Source: a candidate division WOR-3 bacterium
GTDB lineage: Bacteria; Hydrothermota; Tepidihabitantia; Tepidihabitantales; Tepidihabitantaceae
NCBI GenBank assembly: GCA_965649205.1
Contig: CBFGJV010000005.1
Span: 1-64,000 of the forward strand
Reading direction: 5' to 3'
DNA length: 64,000 nt
Shown here: positions 45,184-55,413 of the stretch, in pieces
How positions within the stretch are numbered: position 1 is the stretch's first letter
Layout: each line of letters opens with the position of its first letter
Made by a program: the position numbers and the translations under genes
The notes under the pieces: generated by a model
The model's database searches: none
The model's input: only the letters and a program-made list of their open reading frames with translations
Told to the model about the DNA's origin: nothing

Positions 45184-47907
45184 TCAGCGTTCGAGAATCA
45201 GTTTCCGGGTGGCGGTGAAGTTATTGGCCTCCATCCGTATGAGATACACTCCCGGGCTCAGTATCTGTCCGTTATAGCCGCGGCCATCCCATATTGTCTG
45301 GTGAAAACCTGCTGGTAAAACGCCCAGCCCGATTTCCCGCAGCAGAATTCCTGTTGCGGAGTAGACGCATAGGCGCACACGGGCCTGTTCAGGCAGGCCG
45401 AACCGGATGCGGGCTGAGCCGAGGACAGGATTGGGGTGCGGTTTTTCCAGAGAAAATCTTAAAGGCCGGGCCGGGTTTTCTTCAATGCCGGTCAGCGGAA
45501 CTACTTCAACCGAGTCGGTGAGAAAGTCGTTGGCGGGTGCGGTATCGCCGGCGACCGCAGTGGAGCAGCGCACCAGATAGGTGCCGATCGAATCTGCAGC
45601 CCAGGGCCGATAGGATACGGTGCTGTTCATACCGGCCAGTACTAGCACAGTCTGAGTGTCTAGGTAAGTGGTACCAATGCGGAACCAAGTGAAGACCTCT
45701 TCGTCCTGGGTGCCGAGATTGTGTATGGTGGCAGAGGGGAAGACGACAGAACCGGAGTCTATGCGTCCGGTCGGCGCCAGAATGGCGGTTACGGCTATGT
45801 CTTTGGGCGGGCCGGTGCGGACTTCGATGTCGCCGGTGAGTGCCCAGGCAAACCATTGTTTCTGCGCGGTGCGCACATTCTGACCATATACTTTGATTGT
45901 CCAGTAGCCGGTATCAGGAGAGTTTACCCGCACGCATTCTTCCACATTGAGCGAGTCCCAGGCAGAAGGATTCGGCGTGGACTGGCCGCCGCTATACTGG
46001 TTTCCCCGGTAGGAGACACCCGCAGGAGAAATCATTTCCAGATTCAGGTTGTTTACCAGAGTAGGGTTGGCATTGGGAGCGGCGGCGGTGTCGGTCCAGG
46101 CCAGACACACCCGCAGGGGAATTGCCGAGTTTACCTTGAAGCGAGCTTCTTTGTATTCACCGGTGGCGAGTCCGAACGTGTCGTCCACCAGCAGCAGTTT
46201 GCGACTGTCGCCAGGGAAATAGAGCACCGAATCAACATCTACCCGACCCCAGCCGATGTCAAAACTGGGGATGGTGTAGGAGCCGACATTGGGGTCGGCG
46301 GATACCTGAGCCATAGCGCGGAGAAGGGCGGCGGAGTTGTAGTTGAGCTTCTGATGGGGTTCGGGTGTGCCGGACGGGTAGTATCCTTCTTGCAGGTAGC
46401 AGCGCATCAAACCGACTGCGCCGTTGACGCTGGGCGTGGCCATCGAGGTGCCAGACATTTTGGAATAGCCGTTGGTGGAAGGTGCGGCCTGGGCCGAGTT
46501 CAGGTCCACGCCGGTGGCCATCACGTTGGGTTTGATTCTTCCATCCTGGGTCGGACCCCGGGAGGAGAAGCTGGCAATGGTATTGGAGCCGGTGCCGTTG
46601 TTGGTAGCGCCTACCGTCAGCACGTTCTTGGCGATGCCGGGATTGCGCAGACGACGGGCAGAAGATTCGTTGCCCGCGGCCATTATGTTCAAGAAGTCTT
46701 TGTGCGCCCAGCAATACGCATCAGTGGAAGCGTCCTGTAGCAGATAGGTTCCGGAGGAGTTGGAATAGCCCCAGGAGCCGGACGCCTGCCATACAGGCCG
46801 AAGAGAATCGGGCAGGCCGCGGCCCAGATGCACTGTGTCCCATACCGGGTAGAGGTCGGCGCTGACTACGAAGCTGGTGCCGTTGGTCAGGTCCACAAAG
46901 TAAAGTCGGGCATCCTTGGCTATGCCGTCGTAGAAGCTGGTACCACCGGTGAGCGAGTCGTTGCCGGCTACAGTGCCTGCAACGTGGGAGCCGTGGTACT
47001 GGCCTTCACTGGCATCAGCAGTTCCGTATTTCTTGTAGGCAACCACTTTGCGGTGGTCAGGCCAGATGCCGGGCGGGGTTACAGGTCTAGCCGGGTCGCG
47101 GAACATATCGTGGCCGGTATTCAGACCGGTGTCGTGGACAGAGAGAATTACACCTTGACCCCGCACTCCTTCCTTCCAAGCGCGGCGGGCGGTAAGGCTG
47201 GTGTCCGGGGGTGCTACTGGCTGCCAGCCAGTCTGGGCGACCCACTGAGCGCTGTTGTTGCAGGTGGTTGGTTCGTTCCAGGCCTGAATCCAGAATACTT
47301 CCTGCAGGCGGGCCAGGTCAGGGATTCTTTCGGTGTCCAGCGTAAACTCAACTGTGGTGCCGTACGCGGAGGTCATAACCTGCAGCAACGTGCCGTCTAG
47401 CTCTTCTATTTTGCGGGTGACAGCGGCCGGGTCTTCGGTGGGCGTGACCAAAAGCGAGAAGCGGCGCGTGCCGGCAGTGCCCAAGAGTCCCAGCTCCAGT
47501 TTGTACGCAGGTTGGAACAAGCCGACCCAGTTCACGAACGGCAGGCTGGAGACATACGCTCTTTGGCCAGCGTCAAGTCGGGCAAGCACCGCATACTGGG
47601 GCAGGTAGCCAAAGGTCCTGATACCGGACGCTTCGAGCCGGCGAAACCAGTTCTGTTCAATCGGGCCGGTGAACTGGATTATGCAATACTGACTGCCGGT
47701 TACATCTTCGGCAAGGCGGAGATTGTGGGGAAGGTCTGGTTCGCCTTTCTGGGTGTCTATGACATAACCATTGGAGAAGGAAATAAAGCGGACTTCGCCT
47801 GAAGCGGGGGTGAACCGACGGACAGGCCCCATGTTGTAGTGACTTGCCGGCAAAGCCAGGGCTGGCACAGACGCCAGCAGGAGCAGAAACGCAGTTACAT
47901 ATCTCAC
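45184..47907 (-). CDS. S8 subtilisin-like protease (KP-43-like) with Ig-like domain and T9SS/FlgD CTD
   Basis: HDTG, HGSHVAG, AAGN, SGTSMA; C-terminus PNP...WDGR...GVYLIR...RKLILER. Confidence 0.93.
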   Translation of the reverse strand: MRYVTAFLLLLASVPALALPASHYNMGPVRRFTPASGEVRFISFSNGYVIDTQKGEPDLPHNLRLAEDVTGSQYCIIQFTGPIEQNWFRRLEASGIRTFGYLPQYAVLARLDAGQRAYVSSLPFVNWVGLFQPAYKLELGLLGTAGTRRFSLLVTPTEDPAAVTRKIEELDGTLLQVMTSAYGTTVEFTLDTERIPDLARLQEVFWIQAWNEPTTCNNSAQWVAQTGWQPVAPPDTSLTARRAWKEGVRGQGVILSVHDTGLNTGHDMFRDPARPVTPPGIWPDHRKVVAYKKYGTADASEGQYHGSHVAGTVAGNDSLTGGTSFYDGIAKDARLYFVDLTNGTSFVVSADLYPVWDTVHLGRGLPDSLRPVWQASGSWGYSNSSGTYLLQDASTDAYCWAHKDFLNIMAAGNESSARRLRNPGIAKNVLTVGATNNGTGSNTIASFSSRGPTQDGRIKPNVMATGVDLNSAQAAPSTNGYSKMSGTSMATPSVNGAVGLMRCYLQEGYYPSGTPEPHQKLNYNSAALLRAMAQVSADPNVGSYTIPSFDIGWGRVDVDSVLYFPGDSRKLLLVDDTFGLATGEYKEARFKVNSAIPLRVCLAWTDTAAAPNANPTLVNNLNLEMISPAGVSYRGNQYSGGQSTPNPSAWDSLNVEECVRVNSPDTGYWTIKVYGQNVRTAQKQWFAWALTGDIEVRTGPPKDIAVTAILAPTGRIDSGSVVFPSATIHNLGTQDEEVFTWFRIGTTYLDTQTVLVLAGMNSTVSYRPWAADSIGTYLVRCSTAVAGDTAPANDFLTDSVEVVPLTGIEENPARPLRFSLEKPHPNPVLGSARIRFGLPEQARVRLCVYSATGILLREIGLGVLPAGFHQTIWDGRGYNGQILSPGVYLIRMEANNFTATRKLILER

Positions 47908-47929
47908 GATGCCTCTCTTTTTAGGGTTG

Positions 47930-48838
47930 TTATTTTCCTTTCCGGGGACGGAAACGTCCTATGCGCATTATTTCAGCCAGATTGGCATGGGGGTCAATCT
48001 TCGGCACGAGCAGTGGCCGGGGGCTGGAGATAAGCGTGGTCACCCCCGGGCCATGGCCGGCCACCAGACAGTCGGAGTGAATTACAATGCCGATGGTAAC
48101 CGCTCCCTTGCGCCAGGAACGGCCATAGGTATTGTCGTGGTCGGTAATGGCAACAAAGTCACCAAAGCGTAACTTGTCCAAACCCAGGCGCGCAATTTCT
48201 TTCCGATCGGTGGTCATCACATCGTAGTCGCCGGTGCCCAGAGACAGCGAGCCTACACCTGAGCCCATCAGATACCCGGGAATAATGGCCGCTACCGGAA
48301 CTTCCAGCCGGCCATCGCCAAGTTCCTTCACCCCGAGTCGGAAGAACAGGCGTGGATCCAGGTTGGTTATTTGAATATCAGGATAGTCTAGAAGCTGGAA
48401 ACCCTGGCCGTATCCTTTGATAAGGAACTTGTCTTCCATCTGGAGTTTTTCCAGCACCGAGTCGGCAAAATCCACCAGGACGTGTTCGGCTCCGCCGTGA
48501 TGACCTGTAACCACACCTTTTGCTCCTTTGGCATCACCGGTAACCACCTTTACCTCGTTGCCTACGCAGGAGTAGAAGTGCAGGGAGGTATTAGGATGGT
48601 CCATACGTTTTTCCCAGTCGGCGATACACGAAACTCCTGGTTCTATATGGTCTCCGGCCCAGCCGAAAGCAGGGTCACCTACCTTCACATTGTAGGATAT
48701 GCCGCCGATAGAGGGCAGAAGGAAAGGTCGGCCGTTTGCGTCAACTGCGTGATTGCGTCTGCCGGAAGGATAGGACACCTTGCCCTGCACGGACAACATT
48801 ACCACTTTGTCAATATTGGTTCGAATTTTGTGCTTCAT
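47930..48838 (-). CDS. DUF4438-family protein
   Basis: GGISYNVKVGD...DHIEPGVS...GHHGG.EH...GSGVG...GDYD...GHGPG; start re-assigned to ATG 48838. Confidence 0.75.
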   Translation of the reverse strand: MKHKIRTNIDKVVMLSVQGKVSYPSGRRNHAVDANGRPFLLPSIGGISYNVKVGDPAFGWAGDHIEPGVSCIADWEKRMDHPNTSLHFYSCVGNEVKVVTGDAKGAKGVVTGHHGGAEHVLVDFADSVLEKLQMEDKFLIKGYGQGFQLLDYPDIQITNLDPRLFFRLGVKELGDGRLEVPVAAIIPGYLMGSGVGSLSLGTGDYDVMTTDRKEIARLGLDKLRFGDFVAITDHDNTYGRSWRKGAVTIGIVIHSDCLVAGHGPGVTTLISSPRPLLVPKIDPHANLAEIMRIGRFRPRKGK

Positions 48839-49030
48839 GCTGTTATTATAGGCCGGCTTTCCTGTCCTGCAACAAATCTGCAGACTCATTTGGGTCTGCG
48901 GTTGGGGAAGAGAGAGCTTTCTTTTTAGGTCAGTTGACCGCATTATTTATTGTCCTTGAGTTCTGAGAAGGGGAATAGCGATCCTTGACACCGTACCAGT
49001 CCGGCCTAATGTTGAAGCCGGAGGTGCACT

Positions 49031-49636
49031 TTGTGGAAAGAAGTCTTTGGGTCGAAGGTTAGAGTTGCAGGCGTAGCTTTGCTGGCTGCTTGCAGTGTGT
49101 TTATCTCAGCCTGCGGTGGCCGTTCTGGCACCGGTTCGCTTCCTGAAGTTCCGCTACCTAAAACAGGCACAAACGTTATGACTCTTACCAGCCCGGCATT
49201 TGCTTTCGGCCAGACAATTCCGGTGCGCTACACCGGCGACGGTGACAATCTGTCACCTGAGCTAAACTGGACTGGGGCGCCGGAAAACACCCAGAGCTTT
49301 GCCCTTATCTGTTCTGACCCGGATGCTCCGTCTGGTACCTTTATTCACTGGGTCATTTATAACATTCCCGGTGCGATGCGCGCTTTACCCGCTGGCATGC
49401 CCAAAAATCCGGTTGTGCTGGACAGTGCCGAACAGGGATATAACAGTTTTGGCCGGCTAGGATATGATGGTCCGCAGCCGCCACCGGGCAAGCCGCACCG
49501 TTATATTTTCAAGCTGTACGCCCTGGATACGCGGATAAAAGCAAATCAGCGTGTGGTTGACGCCGAGTTTCTGCAGAAAAAGATGGACGGGCATGTACTT
49601 GCAACCGCAGAACTGATGGGGACTTATCAGCGCTGA
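49031..49636 (+). CDS. YbhB/YbcL (PEBP/RKIP-like) lipoprotein
   Basis: SP.L.W...DPDAP..TFIHWV...YDGPQPP..PHRYIF.LYALD; lipobox ISAC. Confidence 0.93.
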   Translation: MWKEVFGSKVRVAGVALLAACSVFISACGGRSGTGSLPEVPLPKTGTNVMTLTSPAFAFGQTIPVRYTGDGDNLSPELNWTGAPENTQSFALICSDPDAPSGTFIHWVIYNIPGAMRALPAGMPKNPVVLDSAEQGYNSFGRLGYDGPQPPPGKPHRYIFKLYALDTRIKANQRVVDAEFLQKKMDGHVLATAELMGTYQR

Positions 49637-49755
49637 GGGCAGATATAAGCCTCCGGGCAAACAAAGGCTTTTTACATCTGTCATCAGTTTCCTGCGGTTA
49701 GGAGTTTTTCCGACCTTATCGGGCAGAGGTGGAGTTTTTTCGAGAAGGCGGTCTC

Positions 49756-50074
49756 GTAAGTGAAGTTTTTCCGTATGGGGGTCGCTCAGGGGGCTGCTCG
49801 GTAGGTGGTTGGGGGAGCGGTTCCGGGGGTAGGCTACTGGGCCGGGGGGTGGACCGGGAAGCCGGTCGGTGGGCAGGCAGTTCTCCAAGCCGCGGGGACG
49901 GCTGGTCAGATGGCCGGATGATAGGCAGTTCTCCCTCTTGGCTGGGGATAGGTTCGGTCAGGAGGTCGGCAGGCCGCTGACAGGGCTGGTGGGGAAGTCT
50001 ATTACCGAGCCGGTCGGTGAGGGGTTTACCGGGTTATTCAGGAAGTTGCCAGGGGGACGGATTGGAGAGCAGGT
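49756..50074 (+). repeat. Conserved 31-bp head plus ~25 degenerate G-rich 12-mers (copy 2)
   Basis: Head GTAAGTGAAGTTTTTCCGTATGGGGGTCGCT (29/31 identical to copy 1); same 12-nt register from 49775. Confidence 0.85.
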
Positions 50075-50133
50075 CGGCAGTCAGAATCCTGCTGATGTAG
50101 GTTAGGGAAACATAAGAGGTTACAAACTGAAGC

Positions 50134-51528
50134 TTAGCCAGCTACTTGGAGGTTGCCGAAACGGATTGCATAGGGGCCGCGGTAGGACTGATAGACTTGA
50201 GTTTCTTTGGAGTAACGGGCATCGGCCAGAGTCTCAAACCAGTTGCCCACCAGCAGGCCGCCTTTGAAAGGCACGGGTTTGCCGTTCTGGTACTTTTCGC
50301 CCAGCCTGATTTCTACGGCGAATTGGCCGGAGGTCTGATTTACCGAAAAGGAGGAGAACGCTCTGATTACCACGCAGTTATCTGAAACCAGTTCTGCCAT
50401 AGGGGTGCTGCCGGCGGGTATTACCGTTTCTCCCAGCTGGCCGGGCGCAGGAATGCCGGCGTCCAATAGTCCTAGATAGTGGTAATAGCGCCTCGCGCCT
50501 AGGAGTCCTTCGTAGCGGCCGTTCTTGACAACGGTTACCGGCCGGCAGGGAGTAGCGTCTGATTCGGCAAGCCGGGCACTGCGCAGACCGAAAGGAACCA
50601 GCGGGTCTGATACCAGATTCAAGGCTTCTCCCAGCAGGGGTTTCTCGCCCCAGACCGGTTTCCCTTTTTCATATTGACTGGCTTTTTCGTATACCATGCG
50701 AGCATTGGCGTGAAATGCCAGAGGTGTGTTCTGCAGAGAAAGGAAATCAGCAGCCGCTTCGCCGGCGAGCACTACCGGGCCCTGCCAACGAGAAGGAGGT
50801 GAAGCAAGAGCGATATTGCGGGCCGCACTGGCATACTCTGTCACTATAGTTGCCGGATTCAGGTCGGAAAACCGGCGGCAGGAGAGCCGGGCGGTATGTT
50901 CGCCTACCCGGTCTTCTGCCGGGCGGCCCAGGAAGCATATCTCTATGTCAATTCGGGTGACCGGATACACGAGGTTCAGACCAGTTGAGCTGAGTACTTG
51001 TACCCGAGTGCGTTGGATGAACGTTTCCAGGTTGGAGACCGTAACGTCTGGCTGAGGGGCAGTCGCAGCTACAATCTGGTCGTTGAATTTCTGGGCAAGG
51101 TTAAGAAGGGCTTTGTGGTCAAGTCCGGCGAGTTGGGGGTCGGCCAGTTCTACTTCGGGGTAGGATTCGTCCTTGCCTGGCAGGGGAAAGGGCTGGTTGC
51201 GTTGACTGCGAGCCGCAGCGACCAAGTTGTCTACTACTGTTTTGAGAGAGGTTTCCTCGTCAGAGATGAACTGGCCAGAGGCATCGCCCAGCCAAACTGA
51301 GCCATCTACCTCGAACCGGGAGTAGATGGTAACGCCCACTGTTTCCGCAGGAGAAGAGATAACTTCTCGGGGATGGGGATTGGCATGGGGCACAAAACGA
51401 CCTGATTCCACTGTGTATATCTTTGGCAGGCGGATGACGGTCATGGCGTCTGTCTCTCGGCTCGTGAGTATCCAGTCAGTGATGCCTTCAGCTTTTTCCA
51501 AATAGGCCTTTATGCGTTCCAGATTCAT
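50134..51528 (-). CDS. TldE/PmbA-family protein
   Basis: Adjacent to tldD; V...G.Y.GLL, SGQF, GGLLVGN; no HExxxH motif; AAGGAG SD. Confidence 0.8.
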   Translation of the reverse strand: MNLERIKAYLEKAEGITDWILTSRETDAMTVIRLPKIYTVESGRFVPHANPHPREVISSPAETVGVTIYSRFEVDGSVWLGDASGQFISDEETSLKTVVDNLVAAARSQRNQPFPLPGKDESYPEVELADPQLAGLDHKALLNLAQKFNDQIVAATAPQPDVTVSNLETFIQRTRVQVLSSTGLNLVYPVTRIDIEICFLGRPAEDRVGEHTARLSCRRFSDLNPATIVTEYASAARNIALASPPSRWQGPVVLAGEAAADFLSLQNTPLAFHANARMVYEKASQYEKGKPVWGEKPLLGEALNLVSDPLVPFGLRSARLAESDATPCRPVTVVKNGRYEGLLGARRYYHYLGLLDAGIPAPGQLGETVIPAGSTPMAELVSDNCVVIRAFSSFSVNQTSGQFAVEIRLGEKYQNGKPVPFKGGLLVGNWFETLADARYSKETQVYQSYRGPYAIRFGNLQVAG

Positions 51529-51609
51529 AGGTGTTCTCCTTCTATCTGCGCGGGGCCAGTCCAACAGGGTGGAAATGTCGCTTCCAACTTTCGTGTTGCC
51601 CGCATAGTT

Positions 51610-53043
51610 TTACCCCAGTTTCAGGCGGCAGCGAATATAGGGACCGCCGCTGGCATTACGCACCCATTCCTTGTGACCTTTGCCGCAGGTACCGGCTGAG
51701 GTGGTATCTAACTCGGTACCTACTGCGTCTACGCTGCCCAGTACGTCTGGCACGTATCCTGTGACGCCTATCTGATAGTAGCGCCGGCCGGTGAGCTTGC
51801 CCGACTTTATTTCATGGCCGTGTAGGACCTGGAGCTGAACGCCCCAGCCAAGCGGGTCTTCCATACCAGAGGTCATACGTTCCAGAAGTACGCCGTTCTC
51901 GGTGGCGGCAATCATTTCGTCCCTGGTCAGGCCGCCTGCTTCCCGGGGACGAGGCAGGAAATAGGTACAGGTCATCCGGGCATAGATGGGGTGACTCCAG
52001 CTTTCCAACCGACCAGATGCAGACTGTTTCAGTCCCGGCAGCCGGTCTTTCATCATCAGGTAAGAATAGCGGTCACACATCATAGTAGGTTGCAGGATGC
52101 CGTCCCTGACTAGAACGACAGGTTCTTCGGCTAAGACTCCGTCGTCGGAGAAAAAGACAGAGCCATTGGTGCCAGGTCGGCCCGGTTCATCTACTATGTT
52201 CACCAGTTCCGAACCGACGCGCTTGCCGATGAAGAGCAGGGCCCGGGCGGCACCGCGCATCATCGTGTCCAGCTCGCAACCGTGGCCAAACGACTCGTGG
52301 GCCAGCGTGCCGGCCACATCTGGTGCCAGAATGCAGTGGTATTCGCCCGGTTCGAGAGGTACCGCCTGCAGGCAGGCAACAGTTTCGTCAGCCACCTGGT
52401 GGGCCCAGGTGGCATCGGTTGTTGCCAGTGTTTCCCAGCCGGTACCATACAGGTGGCCATAGTTCTGTACCTGTTTTGTTCCGTCTGTAGCTATGGCTAC
52501 AGCAAAGAGAATGGTGCGGGTAATCTCGCTGGAGAGAAGTTTGGTTCCGTCGGCAAAAAGTCGGTATTCCCTGTCTGTCTGCAGTGCTACCTGAGACATG
52601 GCGATACGTTTGTCTCTGGTGGCTAGCGCCTGAAACAGTCTGCCGCACAGTTCCTGACGTTCGGGAGTTGAAATCAGCAGCGGGTCTTTTTCGTATAGCG
52701 TGCGGAAGTGGCGGTCCATTTGCATACCGGGGTCCGGAACCGGGCCTGGTTTTAGAGACAAGGAATTGGCCAGACCCTGAGCCAGTCTGATCAGATAAGT
52801 ACGGTCCTGCAGACGGTTGGTGGCGACAGAATGAAAGGTGGCTCCGTCCCAGGCAGTTATTCTGATGCCCGGGTCTGGAGGTGTAGGCACTACCTTTTCT
52901 TCACTTCTGGACTTGGCTACAGACATCCCTCCCCGGCGCGTGACAAGCGCATAAGCATAAGGCGCCTTCTTTTTCAGTTCTGCTACCAGTTCGGGAAGAA
53001 ATCCGCGCAGATTTTCTAGTTCTGGAGGCAGGTCACAGTTCAT
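51610..53043 (-). CDS. tldD: TldD-family metalloprotease
   Basis: LAHESFGHGCELD, DDG, RMT.TY, CGKG. Confidence 0.88.
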   Translation of the reverse strand: MNCDLPPELENLRGFLPELVAELKKKAPYAYALVTRRGGMSVAKSRSEEKVVPTPPDPGIRITAWDGATFHSVATNRLQDRTYLIRLAQGLANSLSLKPGPVPDPGMQMDRHFRTLYEKDPLLISTPERQELCGRLFQALATRDKRIAMSQVALQTDREYRLFADGTKLLSSEITRTILFAVAIATDGTKQVQNYGHLYGTGWETLATTDATWAHQVADETVACLQAVPLEPGEYHCILAPDVAGTLAHESFGHGCELDTMMRGAARALLFIGKRVGSELVNIVDEPGRPGTNGSVFFSDDGVLAEEPVVLVRDGILQPTMMCDRYSYLMMKDRLPGLKQSASGRLESWSHPIYARMTCTYFLPRPREAGGLTRDEMIAATENGVLLERMTSGMEDPLGWGVQLQVLHGHEIKSGKLTGRRYYQIGVTGYVPDVLGSVDAVGTELDTTSAGTCGKGHKEWVRNASGGPYIRCRLKLG

Positions 53044-53073
53044 GTGTTTCCTTTCCTGAAGAAGTTGGGAGTG

Positions 53074-54183
53074 TCAGACAAGAAGACACCCTTTTTTCTC
53101 ATACTCCTGAAACAGTTTGCCCCAAGGGGTTTCCTTACGCCAGCGTTCGTACACTTTTTTGTAGCGCAGGGGCCACTGGATGACGTCATGATTTACCGCC
53201 GACACGAGAATGGGGAAGAATACCAGAGGCGGCCGCAGAATCAGTTTCTGGAGGAATTTGGTCGGGCCGTACCAGGAAAGCCAGCCGAGAAAGCGATGGA
53301 AGTTGTATCCCACATCAAATCCCCAGTTTTCACCCGATACGTCGTCGCCTACGAGTTCAATCTCCTTTGGATCGCCCACGCCCAGGCCGCGTTCGTGCGC
53401 CAGACGGATGTAAGGTATAGACATAGGGTCAAAGCCCATGAGCTTGGCGGCAATAGCGTCGATAGCCGTCTGGTCACCAGAGGCGAGGATGATATTCTTT
53501 ACCACTGGCGTCATCGTGCGCGGGCCCGGGCCGTTGCCGGCAGTGGTCCCGTCCATCACGGCAAAGAGGCCAGTGTGTATCTCCTTCTGGATGGCGAGCA
53601 GGTCCACCAGGGTTTCATGAATCCAAGTGTGCGTGTAATGACGGTTTGTGGACAAGAGTCCGCCGAAGGCATTTTTCATGGCGCCAGTGGTGGTGGTGTA
53701 GATGTGGCATTTCACGGTAGGCAGATGCACTATGTTCTTACCGAAAAAATAGTCAGGCAGGCGCAGGCCTTTGGGGTAAACTTTATGCAGCGCAAGCAGT
53801 TCTGTTTTTGGTTCGTACGGAACCCACTTTATGTCTTCTTCCTTGAAGTTATAAAGAACCCGCAGGTTGCATTTGCGGAATATGGCAACGTAGCGGTTCA
53901 GGTCCTCGCCCTTGTGGGTATCAATGACTACGGTCTTGTTCTGGACCACCGTCAAGTCTGTATATCCCAAGTCACGCAAGCCCAGTACGGTGCCTTCCAG
54001 CTGCCAGGGTGTAGTGTTAGCAGAAGGCATGGGGAAATGCCAGGATATATTGTCCTTGAGGATAGTGGTTTTACCAGGGGCCAGAAATTGGTCGGCTCCA
54101 GCCAGACGGATAAGTCGGCGGTAGTCGTCCAGGACCGTTTCCGGCCTGGTTCGGAGAACAGCAACACGCGCGCGGCTACTCAC
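53074..54183 (-). CDS. DUF362-domain protein
   Basis: LKDN, LPTVKCH...TGAMKNAFG, DG...G.GP, D..AIDA.AAKLMGFDP. Confidence 0.85.
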   Translation of the reverse strand: MSSRARVAVLRTRPETVLDDYRRLIRLAGADQFLAPGKTTILKDNISWHFPMPSANTTPWQLEGTVLGLRDLGYTDLTVVQNKTVVIDTHKGEDLNRYVAIFRKCNLRVLYNFKEEDIKWVPYEPKTELLALHKVYPKGLRLPDYFFGKNIVHLPTVKCHIYTTTTGAMKNAFGGLLSTNRHYTHTWIHETLVDLLAIQKEIHTGLFAVMDGTTAGNGPGPRTMTPVVKNIILASGDQTAIDAIAAKLMGFDPMSIPYIRLAHERGLGVGDPKEIELVGDDVSGENWGFDVGYNFHRFLGWLSWYGPTKFLQKLILRPPLVFFPILVSAVNHDVIQWPLRYKKVYERWRKETPWGKLFQEYEKKGCLLV

Positions 54184-54302
54184 AACTAGTAATTATAGCA
54201 CAGACAAGAATAACTGCAATTGTCCATAATGCACCTACAGACAGAGCCTGCAATCTGCGGTTCCGGGTTTGACAGAAGGGCAGATGTGTATAATGTTCGC
54301 TT

Positions 54303-54686
54303 ATGAGTAGAGCCAGATTTGCAACTGCTATTAACTGTATGGACGGCAGAACGCAGCTGCCTGTTATTGAGTGGATGTTGGCCAATTGCGGAGTAGATTA
54401 TGTGGACAATGTCACGGAGCCAGGTCCGGTGAAGATACTGGCGGAGGCCGGCGACAGTTCTCCGGCAAAGGCCATAATGGGTCGAGTGGCTATTTCGGTA
54501 GAGAAGCACTGTTCGGACAAGGTTGCGGTGGTGGCACACTACGACTGTGCGGGAAATCCGGAGCCGAAGTCAGTGCAGATGCGTCAGCTGAGTTCCGCTT
54601 TGAATACTGTGAAGAGCTGGAATTTTCCGGTTGAGGTCATCGGTCTGTGGGTGGATGAGAACTGGCAGGTACACAGAGTAATATAG
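54303..54686 (+). CDS. Putative beta-class carbonic anhydrase-like protein
   Basis: CMDGR...HYDCAG zinc-ligand pattern. Confidence 0.75.
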   Translation: MSRARFATAINCMDGRTQLPVIEWMLANCGVDYVDNVTEPGPVKILAEAGDSSPAKAIMGRVAISVEKHCSDKVAVVAHYDCAGNPEPKSVQMRQLSSALNTVKSWNFPVEVIGLWVDENWQVHRVI

Positions 54687-54787
54687 CTTTGTCGTATCTA
54701 GCAAGGGGTTGGATAGTCGTTACCTGCCAAATAGGAGGCGGCGCAAGCTGGTTTGACAGGAATTGACCCCGTAATACAATTTACCTC

Positions 54788-55405
54788 ATGACGCCCACAG
54801 TAATCGGAGTGTTGGCTTCAGGACGCGGGAGTAATTTCGAGGCTCTGGCCAGAAACTTCCGGAATGGAACTACTGGCGGGCTGGTCAGAGTAGTCATTGC
54901 CAATGTGCCTGACGCTGCGGTGCTGGAGCGAGCCAAAGCTCTGGGCGTAGAGGGAAAACTCATTGACCACAAAACATTTGCTTCGCGGGCGGATTTCGAG
55001 CGGGCATTGATTGAAGAGCTGGAAAAATACAATGTGGGACTGGTGTGTTTAGCCGGTTTTATGCGTATTCTTTCTCCGGTGTTCGTGAATCACTTTGCCG
55101 GAAGGATTATGAACATACACCCATCTTTACTTCCGGCATTTGCCGGCCTGCAGGGAATGGATGTGCATCGGGCCGTGCTGGAATCGGGCGCCCAGTTTAC
55201 CGGCTGTACGGTGCATTTCGTAAATGAGCATGTTGACGCCGGACCTATCATACTGCAGAGAGTTGTACCGGTGTTAGACGATGATACGGTGGAAACTCTG
55301 GCTGCGCGGGTTCTGGCAGAAGAACATCAGGCCTATCCGGAAGCGGTGAAGTTGTTCTGCCAGAACAGGCTGCAGATTCAAGGTCGCCGGGTGAAAATCA
55401 TCTAG
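54788..55405 (+). CDS. purN: Phosphoribosylglycinamide formyltransferase
   Basis: SGRGSN, LAGFMRIL, NIHPSLLP, GCTVHFV...DAGPII. Confidence 0.97.
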   Translation: MTPTVIGVLASGRGSNFEALARNFRNGTTGGLVRVVIANVPDAAVLERAKALGVEGKLIDHKTFASRADFERALIEELEKYNVGLVCLAGFMRILSPVFVNHFAGRIMNIHPSLLPAFAGLQGMDVHRAVLESGAQFTGCTVHFVNEHVDAGPIILQRVVPVLDDDTVETLAARVLAEEHQAYPEAVKLFCQNRLQIQGRRVKII

Positions 55406-55413
55406 GTGCGCAG

